Shown: in pieces, positions 44,684-55,372 of the stretch
Position numbering within the stretch: the stretch's first letter is position 1
How the letters are laid out: the number at the start of each line of letters is the position of its first letter
Position numbers and translations under genes: made by a program
Assembly (NCBI GenBank): GCA_938002665.1
Contig: CALLAE010000012.1
Coordinates: 28,616 to 92,615, forward strand
Source: an uncultured Saprospiraceae bacterium
GTDB lineage: Bacteria; Bacteroidota; Bacteroidia; Chitinophagales; Saprospiraceae
Reading direction: 5' to 3'
DNA: 64,000 nt
The notes under the pieces: generated by a model
Databases searched by the model: none
What the model saw: only the letters and a program-made list of their open reading frames with translations
What the model was told of the DNA's origin: nothing

Positions 44684-44691
44684 CAAAGTTA
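44684..44691 (-). promoter_or_regulatory. -7 promoter box TAACTTTG
   Basis: It is only 5 nt upstream of the htrA-like ATG (44679), which implies a leaderless or near-leaderless mRNA if it is functional. Confidence 0.3.
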
Positions 44692-44789
44692 AGGAGTTTC
44701 ATTGGCTAAACCCAAATCAACTATCTTGGGATCTTGTTAATTTAAAGGTAAATATCCGTTAGGAGTTACCTGTCATATAACGTTAAAAA

Positions 44790-45578
44790 GTGAAAATAGA
44801 TTTTAGTAAGTACCACGGAGCAGGAAATGACTTTGTCATGATAGATGGCTTCCTCTATCCCAAACTCAGTCATAACTTGACCACAGATCAAGTTGCTTTT
44901 CTTTGTAATAGACATTTTGGAATAGGAGCTGATGGGCTTATTATTCTCAGTAGGCATGAAGAGTATGACTTTGAAATGATCTATTATAACTCCGATGGTA
45001 AGCTGTCATCTATGTGTGGAAATGGGGGACGATGCATATTGAAATATGCCAAACAACTGGGCTACATTCAGGATAAGGCCTCCTTTCTTGCAGTGGATGG
45101 CCCACATCTAGGGTCTGTAGGGAATCAGATTTCTCTAAAAATGAGTTCTGTAGAAACTATAGAAAAACTAGATGACAACACTTTCTATTTGGATACTGGC
45201 TCTCCTCATTATGTTCAGTTCCGGAAGGACATCAGTACTATCGATATACTCAGAGAGGCGAGAGTAATTAGATATAATGCTCGTTTTGAGGCAAAGGGTA
45301 CTAACGTTAATTTTGTGGAGGTACTTGACGATGGCTCGTTGTCTCTCAGGACTTATGAAAGAGGAGTAGAGGATGAAACCCTTGCTTGTGGGACCGGAGT
45401 AGTAGCAAGTGCTTTAGCGCATTCTTACCGATCTGGTGATGAAGGACTAAGATCCGAAAGAGTACATGCTGTGGGGGGAGATATGCAGGTCAATTTCTCA
45501 TGCGACGGATCTATATATGAAGATATCTGGCTTATAGGTCCAGCTCAGGAGGTTTTCAAAGGAGAAATATATCTCTAG
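44790..45578 (+). CDS. dapF: diaminopimelate epimerase
   Basis: 262 aa with a GTG start, KYHGAGNDFVMIDG, NSDGKLSSMCGNGGRC and LACGTGVVAS (the two catalytic Cys). Confidence 0.95.
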   Translation: MKIDFSKYHGAGNDFVMIDGFLYPKLSHNLTTDQVAFLCNRHFGIGADGLIILSRHEEYDFEMIYYNSDGKLSSMCGNGGRCILKYAKQLGYIQDKASFLAVDGPHLGSVGNQISLKMSSVETIEKLDDNTFYLDTGSPHYVQFRKDISTIDILREARVIRYNARFEAKGTNVNFVEVLDDGSLSLRTYERGVEDETLACGTGVVASALAHSYRSGDEGLRSERVHAVGGDMQVNFSCDGSIYEDIWLIGPAQEVFKGEIYL

Positions 45579-45601
45579 GTATTTTATCACTTTCACAGAA
45601 C

Positions 45602-45931
45602 TTAGTTTCCTAAAGTCATCTCGAGATTGGTCTTAGCGGTATTGAGTTCAGAAAGGGCATGAAAATCACCTAACTCTTTAGCTAGGTTTATACCTTCTTT
45701 ATACGTCCTTAAGGCAAGTATTTCTTCTTGTATTCTTTCATACAGTTTACCAAGATGATAATACAAACCTATATACTTTGAGTCAATCTCCTTCAACTTA
45801 GTGTAATGCAAAAGTGCTTGATCTATCTGACCAATGTTCTCATATTCTTTTGCTAAGGCAAACAGCAAAAAGCTGTCATTTGGACTGCTTTTGAGGAAAT
45901 CGAGTAATTTATCAAGTCTCTCACTGCTCAT
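45602..45931 (-). CDS. small tetratricopeptide-repeat protein
   Basis: 109 aa with two to three TPR-like helix pairs (ALAKEYENIGQIDQALLHY..., YYHLGKLYERI...). Confidence 0.6.
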   Translation of the reverse strand: MSSERLDKLLDFLKSSPNDSFLLFALAKEYENIGQIDQALLHYTKLKEIDSKYIGLYYHLGKLYERIQEEILALRTYKEGINLAKELGDFHALSELNTAKTNLEMTLGN

Positions 45932-45970
45932 ATACTAGGTTTGTGAGCTATGAACGTATATAAAATAATC

Positions 45971-45978
45971 TATATTTG
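45971..45978 (+). promoter_or_regulatory. -7 promoter box TATATTTG
   Basis: It is 93 nt upstream of the bifunctional-nuclease gene ATG (46071). Confidence 0.35.
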
Positions 45979-46070
45979 CTTCACTTTGGTGCAAAATACC
46001 CTTTTGGTAACTAAGCTTTAGTCATTGTTCTGAGTCCTAAGAAAATCTGATAGGGCTACATAGTAGGTAA

Positions 46071-46667
46071 ATGAAGAAAATAGATCTTGAAATAGTCGCT
46101 CTTTCTCACAGCGTCACACAGTCTCATAATTACGCAGTTGTCTTGGGAGAATTATCAGGCAATAGAAGGTTGCCTATAGTTATAGGAGGTTTTGAAGCGC
46201 AAGCAATAGCAGTTGCCATGGAGAGAATGATTCCTAATAGACCATTGACTCATGATTTGTTTAAAAACACCTTGGATACCTTTGATGTCGAATTAAAGGA
46301 AGTGATTATCAATAATCTGTTAGATGGAATATTCTATGCTCAGTTAGTCTGTACGCGAGATAACCAAGAGTTTGTCATAGATTCTAGAACTTCTGATGCT
46401 ATAGCAATGGCCGTGAGGTTTAAGAGCCCTATATACACTTTTGATTTTATCATGGAACAGGCAGGTGTCGTACTAGAAGATTCTGAAACAGAAGGGAAGT
46501 CTAATATTCTATCTGATGAGGTCAAGCCTGACTCTTTTGAACAATATTCGACCAAGGCATTAAAGCAGATGCTAGATGATGTCTTAGAAAACGAAGATTA
46601 CGAACGAGCAGCAAAAATCAGAGACGAAATCAATAACAGAGAGTCAGAAGACAACTCAAAAACCTAG
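46071..46667 (+). CDS. bifunctional nuclease family protein (DUF151/BFN) with C-terminal UVR motif
   Basis: 198 aa with [16 protein letters not shown] and [12 protein letters not shown], plus a C-terminal [15 protein letters not shown] UvrB/C-like helix. Confidence 0.8.
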   Translation: MKKIDLEIVALSHSVTQSHNYAVVLGELSGNRRLPIVIGGFEAQAIAVAMERMIPNRPLTHDLFKNTLDTFDVELKEVIINNLLDGIFYAQLVCTRDNQEFVIDSRTSDAIAMAVRFKSPIYTFDFIMEQAGVVLEDSETEGKSNILSDEVKPDSFEQYSTKALKQMLDDVLENEDYERAAKIRDEINNRESEDNSKT

Positions 46668-47675
46668 TTGAGGCAAAACCTCCCATAACGCCTCCATCAT
46701 TTCTTCTGTAAAATCCATATGTGTAACGAAGCGAACTTGTTGTTCTCCGAAGGCTGAGGCATTGATGCCATTTTTTTGAAGTAATTGAACAAAGTCTGAA
46801 GCCAATCCCTCTTTCAGGCTGAAAATTATAATGTTGGTTTTGATCGGATTAACATCTGCTATATAGGGGAGACTTTTTAGAAACTGCCCTATTTTTCTAG
46901 CATTATCATTATCCACTTTCAGTCTTTCAATGTTATGATCTAAAGCGTAAATACAGCCTGCAGCTAAGATTCCCGCTTGTCTCATCCCTCCACCCATTAC
47001 TTTTCTAAATCTTTGGGCTTTGGTAATCAGGCTCTTATTACTAATGAGTACAGATCCTACTGGAGCGCCCAGGCCCTTAGAGAGACAAATGGATACACTA
47101 TCAAAAAGCTTACCCACTTCCTCTGTGGTATCACCCGTTTCTACAAGTACATTGAATAATCTTGCCCCATCTAAATGCAATCTTAGCTCATGCTTTTTGC
47201 AGCAATCAGAAATCGCTTTGAGCTCGTCTAGTGTATAGTAATTCCCGCCTCCTTTATTCGTACTGTTTTCAACGACGACTAGCTTTGATATAGGCAACCA
47301 ATCATAGACAGGTTTGATATTTTTTTCGATCAGTTCTGGCGTTAATTTACCATATTCTCCATGTAGAAGGTTTACACTAATGGATGAGTTATAGGCATAG
47401 CCAGCAGACTCATATTGATAGACATGGGAAGTATATTCACATATCATTTCATCTAAGGGCTGTGTATGTATTTTTATGGCTATCTGATTTGTCATCGTAC
47501 CAGAAGGGCAGAAAAGGGCCGCTTCATGCCCAAACATGTGTGCCAATCTCTCTTGTAACCTGTTAACTGTAGGATCTTGTCCGAAAACATCATCACCTAC
47601 CAAGGCTTCAGCCATTGCTTTTCTCATGCCTTTTGTGGGCTTGGTTACCGTATCACTGATCAAGTCTATGTGCAT
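46656..47675 (-). CDS. ltaE: low-specificity L-threonine aldolase (PLP-dependent, GntG/LtaE family)
   Basis: 339 aa with [23 protein letters not shown] and the Lys region [14 protein letters not shown]. Confidence 0.85.
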   Translation of the reverse strand: MHIDLISDTVTKPTKGMRKAMAEALVGDDVFGQDPTVNRLQERLAHMFGHEAALFCPSGTMTNQIAIKIHTQPLDEMICEYTSHVYQYESAGYAYNSSISVNLLHGEYGKLTPELIEKNIKPVYDWLPISKLVVVENSTNKGGGNYYTLDELKAISDCCKKHELRLHLDGARLFNVLVETGDTTEEVGKLFDSVSICLSKGLGAPVGSVLISNKSLITKAQRFRKVMGGGMRQAGILAAGCIYALDHNIERLKVDNDNARKIGQFLKSLPYIADVNPIKTNIIIFSLKEGLASDFVQLLQKNGINASAFGEQQVRFVTHMDFTEEMMEALWEVLPQLGF

Positions 47676-47687
47676 GCTAAGAATAGT

Positions 47688-47695
47688 TATATTTG
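47688..47695 (+). promoter_or_regulatory. -7 promoter box TATATTTG
   Basis: It is 22 nt upstream of the NrtR-like gene ATG (47717), inside the 41-nt divergent gap with ltaE. Confidence 0.45.
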
Positions 47696-47716
47696 TTCCA
47701 AATCTAAGAGTTCTGA

Positions 47717-48406
47717 ATGCCTTTTCAGAAAGAAATTTATAAGTCAGCTTTTTCAGTCGATAATGTCATTTTTGGCTTTGACGGTGATACGCTTAAGTTA
47801 TTACTGATCAAAAGGAAGGAGAATCCATATGCTGGACAATGGGCTTTGCCTGGAGATATAGTCAAGCCGACTGAAAACCTAGTAGAGGCCTCTAAGCGGG
47901 TACTCTTACAATTGACTGGTGTAAGAGATATCTATTTAGAGCAGGTTCACACCTTCGGAGCAGTAGACAGGCACCCAAAGGGAAGGGTAATCACTATCGC
48001 CTATTATGCACTGATCAATATTGCTAAAGTTAAGATAGAAGCAGCCTCATTTGCTGAGCAGGTTGCATGGAAAGAAGTCAGATCATTGGATTCTCTTGCC
48101 TTTGACCACATACGGATAATGAACTACAGTCTGGCTAAGCTCCGTCAAGATTTGAAACTAAGACCCATAGGCTTTGAGCTATTAGCTGAAAAATTTACAC
48201 TTACAGAACTTCAGCGTCTTTATGAAGTCGTGCTAGAACAAGACCTTGACAAGCGAAATTTCAGAAAGAAAATCTTGAGTATGGGCATTCTGAAAACCCT
48301 CCATGAGCTTCAGACTGGTGTTTCTCACAGGCCTGCTAAGCTATATTCCTTCGATGCAGAAAAGTATGAAGTGGTAAAAAGAGAAGGCTTTATCTTCGAA
48401 ATCTAG
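47717..48406 (+). CDS. NUDIX-domain protein with C-terminal winged-helix (NrtR-like regulator)
   Basis: 229 aa with a degenerate Nudix box around [27 protein letters not shown] and a C-terminal domain [26 protein letters not shown], as in NrtR. Confidence 0.65.
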   Translation: MPFQKEIYKSAFSVDNVIFGFDGDTLKLLLIKRKENPYAGQWALPGDIVKPTENLVEASKRVLLQLTGVRDIYLEQVHTFGAVDRHPKGRVITIAYYALINIAKVKIEAASFAEQVAWKEVRSLDSLAFDHIRIMNYSLAKLRQDLKLRPIGFELLAEKFTLTELQRLYEVVLEQDLDKRNFRKKILSMGILKTLHELQTGVSHRPAKLYSFDAEKYEVVKREGFIFEI

Positions 48407-48467
48407 GTGATTCTTCATTTCCTCCCATTTCCTTTGCTAAGTATCAGAACTAAACTGTCAAATAGGC

Positions 48468-48475
48468 TATCTTTG
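48468..48475 (+). promoter_or_regulatory. -7 promoter box TATCTTTG
   Basis: It is 3 nt before the first lepA ATG (48478) and 9 nt before the second (48484). Confidence 0.35.
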
Positions 48476-48477
48476 CT

Positions 48478-50277
48478 ATGCTTATGAAGAATATCAGGAA
48501 TTTTAGTGTGATAGCCCATATAGATCATGGTAAGAGTACCTTATCTGATAGAATGCTAGAGTATACCTCTACAGTATCAGAAAGGAATATGCAAGACCAG
48601 GCCTTGGATGATATGGATCTCGAAAGAGAAAGGGGTATCACCATAAAGAGTCATGCTATTCAACTAAATTATAAGCATACAGATGGAGAAGTATATATTC
48701 TTAATCTGATAGATACTCCTGGACACGTAGATTTTTCATACGAAGTCTCTAGGTCCATTGCAGCATGTGAAGGTGCGCTCTTGCTTGTGGATGCAAGTCA
48801 AGGTATACAAGCACAAACCATATCCAACCTATATCTAGCTCTAGAACATGATCTGGAAATCATCCCAGTTCTGAATAAGGTAGATATGGAAAGTGCGATG
48901 GTAGAAGAAGTATCAGATCAGATTATAGATTTGTTAGGTGTAGAGTTAGAAGATATCATACATGCGAGTGGGAAAACAGGTTTCGGTGTCGACAATGTCT
49001 TAAGCGCGATTGCAGAACGTATTCCTCCACCCAAAGGTGACGTCACCTTACCTTTGCAAGCCCTAATTTTTGATTCTTTGTTTAATTCTTTCAGAGGGGT
49101 AATCGCTTATTTTAAAATTGTAAATGGTACTCTAAATAAAGGAGATAAAGTACGCTTTGTCAATACAGGAAAAGAGTATGGTGCTGATGAGATAGGGATC
49201 TTGAAAATGGATATGGTCCCTAAGAAGCAGCTCAGCGCGGGTGATGTAGGTTATATCATTACGGGCATCAAAGAAAGTAAAGAGATTAAAGTAGGGGATA
49301 CTATAACGACTGTAGCGCATCCTTGTGAGGAAGGAATCCAAGGCTTTGCTGAGGTGATGCCGATGGTATTTGCTGGTCTCTATCCGATAGATAACGATGA
49401 TTTTGAAGACTTGAGAGATAGTCTAGAGAAACTTCAGTTGAATGATGCAGCCCTGGTCTATGAGCCAGAGTCTTCTGCAGCTTTAGGGTTTGGATTTAGA
49501 GTAGGTTTTTTGGGTATGTTACACCTTGAGATCGTGCAAGAAAGATTGAGTAGAGAGTTTGACCAAGAGGTGATTACGACCACTCCTAACGTTTCTTACT
49601 TTGCCTATACTAAGAAAGGTGAAAAACTTACCATCAATACCCCTAATGACCTACCTGATCCTACTTTTGTAGATAGGGTAGAGGAACCTTATATCAGAGC
49701 TCAGATAATAACTAAGCCCAGCTTCATAGGCTCAATAATGACGCTGTGTATGGACAAGAGAGGCACCTTGATGAAGCAACATTATCTTACTCAAGAAAGG
49801 ATAGAGTTGACCTTTGAGTTACCGCTTGCTGAGATAGTCTTTGACTTTTATGATAAGCTGAAGTCCATCTCTAAAGGCTATGCTTCTTTTGATTATGCAC
49901 CCATAGATTACAGACCTGCGGATCTTGTAAAATTAGATATCAAACTGAATGGTGATAATGTAGATGCTATGTCTGCCTTAGTGCATAGATCTAAGTCTGA
50001 TCCTTTTGGACGCCGTATCTGCAAGAAACTTAAGGAGCTATTACCTAAGCAACAGTTTGTCATTGCTATACAAGCAGCTATAGGTCAGAAAGTAATAGCT
50101 AGAGAAACTATCAGCGCTATGCGAAAAGATGTAACGGCTAAGTGTTATGGTGGAGACATCACTCGTAAGCGTAAGCTGTTAGAAAAGCAAAAGAAAGGAA
50201 AGAAGAAGATGAGACAGATAGGTTCTGTGCAGGTTCCTCAGAAAGCCTTTTTAGAAGTACTCAAGATTAATGATTAA
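48478..50277 (+). CDS. lepA: translation elongation factor 4 (LepA)
   Basis: 599 aa with [29 protein letters not shown] and the LepA C-terminal domain. The second ATG at 48484 (MKNIRNF) is an equally good start. Confidence 0.98.
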   Translation: MLMKNIRNFSVIAHIDHGKSTLSDRMLEYTSTVSERNMQDQALDDMDLERERGITIKSHAIQLNYKHTDGEVYILNLIDTPGHVDFSYEVSRSIAACEGALLLVDASQGIQAQTISNLYLALEHDLEIIPVLNKVDMESAMVEEVSDQIIDLLGVELEDIIHASGKTGFGVDNVLSAIAERIPPPKGDVTLPLQALIFDSLFNSFRGVIAYFKIVNGTLNKGDKVRFVNTGKEYGADEIGILKMDMVPKKQLSAGDVGYIITGIKESKEIKVGDTITTVAHPCEEGIQGFAEVMPMVFAGLYPIDNDDFEDLRDSLEKLQLNDAALVYEPESSAALGFGFRVGFLGMLHLEIVQERLSREFDQEVITTTPNVSYFAYTKKGEKLTINTPNDLPDPTFVDRVEEPYIRAQIITKPSFIGSIMTLCMDKRGTLMKQHYLTQERIELTFELPLAEIVFDFYDKLKSISKGYASFDYAPIDYRPADLVKLDIKLNGDNVDAMSALVHRSKSDPFGRRICKKLKELLPKQQFVIAIQAAIGQKVIARETISAMRKDVTAKCYGGDITRKRKLLEKQKKGKKKMRQIGSVQVPQKAFLEVLKIND

Positions 50278-50308
50278 CATCAGCAAGAGCTAGGAGAACT
50301 TCCGATCT

Positions 50309-51637
50309 TTAATTTTGCCTTAGGAATTTATAGTACATTCCTAAGCTAGCGTGCATCATACTAGTGTCATAGTATTTTCCTATTCTCCAAGGATTCACCA
50401 TAGTGAGATGCATTCCAAATGTTTCATTTAGTTCTGTTCTAAGGGCAATTTTAGGATTCAATGGAGCTCCTTGTTGCATGAAATTCCCCACACTAATGCT
50501 AGTGTTTTCGAATGGACGATAACTTAGATAAGGCTCAGCAAAATAGAGTTGGTTGACCCCATTATTTTTGGCCCTTAATAGAACTCCCAAAGACAAAAAG
50601 TCATTGAGATCATAGTTCATTCCCACGAGAAAACTACTAAGTAGAGCACTGCTAAATGATTTGTTATTAGAATCTATTTCTAGCTTAGAGTATAGGGTAT
50701 CTTCTACTGAGTAGGTCTCGCCAGAAACATAGGATTTTCTGATGTCTATACCGCCAAACTCTTCATAGGACTGCTCTTCTAAGACTTGTGTTTTGTTCGT
50801 CCATTTTATGTAGCCTAAATCTTCTACTCTTCCAAATATTCTCAAGTTGTCCATCGGCTGAAAACTCAGTTGAGCAGAAATGCCAAAGCCCAAGTTGTTA
50901 AATGAGCCAGCTGCTGTCAATGCATTTTCGTCAAGAAAAAAGTCGACGCTATCTATTTTGGAATAGTTTATTGCTCCACTGGATTCTACTAGGATATCTT
51001 TATCAAAACCGAATTCGAAAAAGTTCTCTTCAAAATCGATATTCATTGTGCTAGAATGGGTATTGAGATAAGCGCTTCCTGTATACACATTCGCTTGTAC
51101 ACCTACTTGTATTCTATCTAGCTGATATTCTGCACCTAAAGACCATTTATGAGTGGACTGGAATAAGGCCTGTGGGTTGATTTCTACATTGAGAAGATTA
51201 CTATTGCCTTCTGTAGCAAGTTTAAATAGATGATGCGGGACGTGAAGTCTTGTATCAATATTCAGCTCATGAAAAAGTGAAAATCTTAATCGATTGAGAT
51301 TGTAAGAGATGCAACCATAACTCACTTTTCCATTGAGCTGTAGGTCATAATCTTTCTCACTTTCTGTGGCTATCGTAAGATCTAAGGTTTTAGTTTCTTC
51401 TACATACACATCCCCATAGGTTAACTGAGGACTTATCATCGTTAGACTAAAATTGGGTAGTACATAAGTGACTCTCTTCGGACTCTTAGATCTGGGCTGA
51501 TAAAATCTAGACTCTGTCACAAATCTCTGCTCATGAATTAATTGTGACTCATGATAAGAGGACATGAATTGTCCCACGGCAGTAGAACAATAACTAGCAA
51601 GTATGCTTAAGAGCAGTAGCGTTTTGAGACTGTTCAT
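50309..51637 (-). CDS. hypothetical outer-membrane protein (beta-rich)
   Basis: 442 aa with a signal peptide and a long alternating beta pattern. Its stop-to-start gap to the upstream lipoprotein gene is 3 nt. Confidence 0.5.
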   Translation of the reverse strand: MNSLKTLLLLSILASYCSTAVGQFMSSYHESQLIHEQRFVTESRFYQPRSKSPKRVTYVLPNFSLTMISPQLTYGDVYVEETKTLDLTIATESEKDYDLQLNGKVSYGCISYNLNRLRFSLFHELNIDTRLHVPHHLFKLATEGNSNLLNVEINPQALFQSTHKWSLGAEYQLDRIQVGVQANVYTGSAYLNTHSSTMNIDFEENFFEFGFDKDILVESSGAINYSKIDSVDFFLDENALTAAGSFNNLGFGISAQLSFQPMDNLRIFGRVEDLGYIKWTNKTQVLEEQSYEEFGGIDIRKSYVSGETYSVEDTLYSKLEIDSNNKSFSSALLSSFLVGMNYDLNDFLSLGVLLRAKNNGVNQLYFAEPYLSYRPFENTSISVGNFMQQGAPLNPKIALRTELNETFGMHLTMVNPWRIGKYYDTSMMHASLGMYYKFLRQN

Positions 51638-51640
51638 AGG

Positions 51641-53134
51641 TTATCTTAAGACTGCTCCTAATTTGATATCTATACCATGATGGTCATAGACCCATACATA
51701 TTCATCATCAAATCCTTCTTTTGTGGTAATAAGTACTTTCACTAGGACCTTACTAGCTATCGGCAACTGTGCTATATTTTCTTCAGAAATCGGGATGCTG
51801 GATATTTCTGGTTCTAAGTCAGCTACCGTAAGCGCTTGGTCAGTATTAGCAGCAACACTTACCCATTCACTAGGATCTACTAGTGTAAATAATTTCTCAC
51901 CCTGCTCATTTAGAAAATCTAGATTTACTCCCACTCCGATTGGGAACGCATTGATAAGGCTTATTTTCAGCTCTCCTGTTCCCTCTATGTTATCATAGGT
52001 AATCTCTTCAAAGTCTACTGTATCTTGAAGGATAAGATCGTTTGCTCTTAGATAGAGAGGAAGTTCTACTACTGCATTGACAGTTATATTACTTTCATCT
52101 GTGTAGAAACCTAGCTCTTGGCTAGGACCACTACTAATTGTTAGATCCAGATCATATTCTATTCCGCTAGGTTTCTTGTCAAACAAGTCTACCACATTGC
52201 TGTTGTCGCTATTGATTTCCACTGAGGTAGCTTTGCTCTCACCGATCTGGCTTAATGAGGGGTAATCAAAAGTGACTCCATCATTGAGCAGGTCGCTTTC
52301 CAGCTGGAAAGTCTGATTGTCTATAGTTGTGATGTTAGCATAGTTGAGCTTTAGCTCTGCTGGAATACCTATGCTATTCTCAATATCAAAAACCAGCTTA
52401 GGATCTGATAAATTAAGTCCTCCACTTACCCAGCTATCAAAAAATGATATATCTATAAGGTCTTCTGTAGTCGGTAAAATAGCGTCCTCAAAAATCCCTT
52501 CTAGATACGAAAATTGTAATCTGTCAAAATTGATTGTTAGATCTGAAATGTTGACAGATGGGTTGCTTGCAGTAGAGGCTTGGTAGCTGATCGTCAGACT
52601 CCTATCACTATCCAGATTCATTTCTGAAAGGTCTATTTGAGGTGACTGGAAATTTTGTCCAGAGTTCAGTATATAGGTTTCTGAAAAGCTAGTTCCCGCT
52701 TTTGATATTTCGGGGATATTCAATGTGATATTAAGTGTCTCATTAGTAGGATTGTTTATATCAAATGAGATATGAGCATCCTTAAAAACCGCAGATCTGA
52801 TATCAATAGCATGAAAGGGTAGTGTAAATTCTTGAGGATTGGCTACGACGGCAAGCTTTTGATTTTCTTCAGCGGGAAAGACTTCTCTTATAGGTATAGG
52901 GTCTATCTCATTAGAATACCTCAAGGTGACACGTCCTTCGCTATCAGATATAACATCAGTATTGTTTTTTTGGTTAACTCCCAAATCTGCTATGTAGAAA
53001 GTGGAATTGACTAAGGGAACACCTATTTCTGGGTCTCCAAAGTCCACATTTTCGATGTCAAAAGGATCTACTTTATCACAGGAAATTAGAAGCGTGAGGA
53101 CAAGCAGCGACATGAGTCGTTGGAAGTAAGTCAT
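51641..53134 (-). CDS. hypothetical lipoprotein
   Basis: 497 aa with a signal peptide and lipobox LLISC, acidic and Asn/Ser/Thr-rich, beta-rich. Confidence 0.5.
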   Translation of the reverse strand: MTYFQRLMSLLVLTLLISCDKVDPFDIENVDFGDPEIGVPLVNSTFYIADLGVNQKNNTDVISDSEGRVTLRYSNEIDPIPIREVFPAEENQKLAVVANPQEFTLPFHAIDIRSAVFKDAHISFDINNPTNETLNITLNIPEISKAGTSFSETYILNSGQNFQSPQIDLSEMNLDSDRSLTISYQASTASNPSVNISDLTINFDRLQFSYLEGIFEDAILPTTEDLIDISFFDSWVSGGLNLSDPKLVFDIENSIGIPAELKLNYANITTIDNQTFQLESDLLNDGVTFDYPSLSQIGESKATSVEINSDNSNVVDLFDKKPSGIEYDLDLTISSGPSQELGFYTDESNITVNAVVELPLYLRANDLILQDTVDFEEITYDNIEGTGELKISLINAFPIGVGVNLDFLNEQGEKLFTLVDPSEWVSVAANTDQALTVADLEPEISSIPISEENIAQLPIASKVLVKVLITTKEGFDDEYVWVYDHHGIDIKLGAVLR

Positions 53135-53375
53135 AGCGGAAGTTGTTGTTTTAAGAAATGTTTCTCATCTAAATCTATCCCAAAAGTGGCTCTAACGTTG
53201 CATTTAGGACTATAAAATTTCAGATTATGTCGTGATTGACATATTATTTAACGTTTAAGACCATTAATACAGTATATCTGTTAATGTCTTGATGCTTAGA
53301 AAAGTAATTATTGTGGTGTTGGAGATAAGCCTACCGATACCAGTAAGTGGTTTCAAAGGGTAATGGAAGTTAGTC

Positions 53376-53792
53376 TTATTGAATCAGCTCAAAGGTGTAG
53401 CTGACTCTCTTAAACATAGGATAACCAGACTTTGGATCTAAGTTTTCTAGATTGATATCTATTTCGACGGTTTCTGATTTATCTTTTTGAGTACTGTCAA
53501 AGATGGCTGAAACAAAACCTCGTTCTCCAGGCTTGATTGCCTTTCTTGGCCAATCCAGTGTGGTACATTCACAGCCAGAGACGATTTCTATTTTTAGATC
53601 TTCTGTCCCTGTATTGGTAAAATGGAATTCCATTTCCTTTTTGTCACCTTTCACTACTTGACCTATATCGACATGTGGTCGGTCAAAGGTCATGGCAGCT
53701 CCTTCTGTTACAACTTGCTTATCTTGGGCAATAGCTTGAGTCATACAACCAGCTAAGAACAATATACATAAGATGAATCTAAAAGCTTTCAT
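53376..53792 (-). CDS. DUF1573 domain-containing secreted protein
   Basis: 138 aa with a signal peptide, then FDRPHVDIGQVVKGDKKEMEFHFTNTGTEDLKIEIVSGCECT, the hallmark DUF1573 pattern. Confidence 0.75.
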   Translation of the reverse strand: MKAFRFILCILFLAGCMTQAIAQDKQVVTEGAAMTFDRPHVDIGQVVKGDKKEMEFHFTNTGTEDLKIEIVSGCECTTLDWPRKAIKPGERGFVSAIFDSTQKDKSETVEIDINLENLDPKSGYPMFKRVSYTFELIQ

Positions 53793-53874
53793 ATAACAAA
53801 GGTCTTAATAAGGCAGCTTTGTTTGACCTAATGAAAAGTTAATATTTTGTCAGTATCTTCTAAAAATAATTAGT

Positions 53875-55338
53875 CTAGTTATTTAATTCATCAAACATAT
53901 TAGCCAAAGGATCACTAAAATTGAGGCTCCTATCTAATTGGTCCTTACTTATGGCTTCTGTTTCTGCAAGACCATGAAGAACAAATTCCTTAAATAAATG
54001 TCTGTCCTCTGTGTTAGGCTTAAGACCATCAATAATTTTGTCTAAGCCAGTCACATTGTCTAGAATAGCTTCGTAATCTTTCTGATTAGCTCCATTGAGA
54101 ATATTCACTTCATTACCTACTGAGAACCAGGTGCGAATAGGACCATACGGATCTTTCTCATTCTTTTTAGCACTGCGGTCTGGATGTTCGAAAAACTCCA
54201 AGAAAAGTTCTTTTATAGCCTTACTCATTAGGAGGAGTGCGACACCATAAGGGCCTTCTTGTTCTCCTTCATATACGAGCTCTACCTTACCAGTGATAGA
54301 AGGTATGATTCCGACGAGATCGGCTATTCTCACTGTCCCTGATTTTTCTTTGTTTTTGAGCATTCTATGCTCTACAGTACTGTATAGATTTTCTAGAGCG
54401 GAGATACTCAGTCTTGCTGATACACCACTTTTCTCATCCACTAGCTCACTATCTCTCGCTTCAAAAACTATCTTCTCTAGTAGGTCTCTGATAACTTCTG
54501 GAATTCTAATGCTATCCTTTATGTCAGGAGCAATAATGGCCTCTTGTTCAGTGATGTGCTTAGCTATCTCTATCGTTTTGGGATAATGTGTCAGTATCTG
54601 GCTTTCTATCCTGTCTTTGAGAGGGGTGATGATACTTCCTCTATTAGTGTAGTCTTCTGGATTAGCAGTAAAAACAAAAAGGATATCTAATGGCAACCTC
54701 AGTTTGAAGCCTCTGATTTGCATATCTCCTTCTTGTAGGATATTGAACAAAGCCACTTGGATTCTAGCTTGGAGATCTGGCAATTCATTCAGTACAAAGA
54801 TGCATCTATGAGATCTGGGTATAAGTCCATAATGTATAACTCTAGGATCTGAATAGGGAAGCTTTAGGGTAGCAGCTTTTATAGGGTCTACATCACCTAC
54901 TAGATCTGATATACTGACATCAGGGGTCGCTAACTTTTCTATATATCTATCTTCTGACTTCAGCCAAGTGATAGGTGTCTCATCACCATGCTCAGCAATG
55001 AGGTCTAGCGCACTAGTAGAAATTGGATTCAGTGGGTCATCATTTAGGTCAGCACCAGTTATCACAGGGATATAATCATCTAACAGCTTAGTTGTGAGTC
55101 TTGCAATTCTTGTTTTAGCCTGTCCTCTCAATCCTAGTAATAAAATATTATGCTTTGATAACAAGGCTCTTTCTAGATCAGGAATCACAGAATCTTCAAA
55201 ACCTAAGATGCCTTCATAGCTATCATCTCCTTTGGCTAGACGTTCTTTAAGATTGGTTCTTATCTCATCTTTTATACTTCTGCTCTTGTATTTTGATGCC
55301 TTTAATTGTCCTAAGGTTTTTATTTTACTTATGTCCAC
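53875..55338 (-). CDS. AAA+ ATPase, ChlI/BchI (Mg-chelatase subunit I)-like
   Basis: 487 aa with a degenerate Walker A region LLLGLRGQAKTRIA, a Walker B-like FVLNELPD and a sensor region FVFTANPEDYTNRGSIITPLKDR. Confidence 0.65.
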   Translation of the reverse strand: MDISKIKTLGQLKASKYKSRSIKDEIRTNLKERLAKGDDSYEGILGFEDSVIPDLERALLSKHNILLLGLRGQAKTRIARLTTKLLDDYIPVITGADLNDDPLNPISTSALDLIAEHGDETPITWLKSEDRYIEKLATPDVSISDLVGDVDPIKAATLKLPYSDPRVIHYGLIPRSHRCIFVLNELPDLQARIQVALFNILQEGDMQIRGFKLRLPLDILFVFTANPEDYTNRGSIITPLKDRIESQILTHYPKTIEIAKHITEQEAIIAPDIKDSIRIPEVIRDLLEKIVFEARDSELVDEKSGVSARLSISALENLYSTVEHRMLKNKEKSGTVRIADLVGIIPSITGKVELVYEGEQEGPYGVALLLMSKAIKELFLEFFEHPDRSAKKNEKDPYGPIRTWFSVGNEVNILNGANQKDYEAILDNVTGLDKIIDGLKPNTEDRHLFKEFVLHGLAETEAISKDQLDRSLNFSDPLANMFDELNN

Positions 55339-55372
55339 TCCTGATTATTAGTTGATGATTTTATAATAACTG

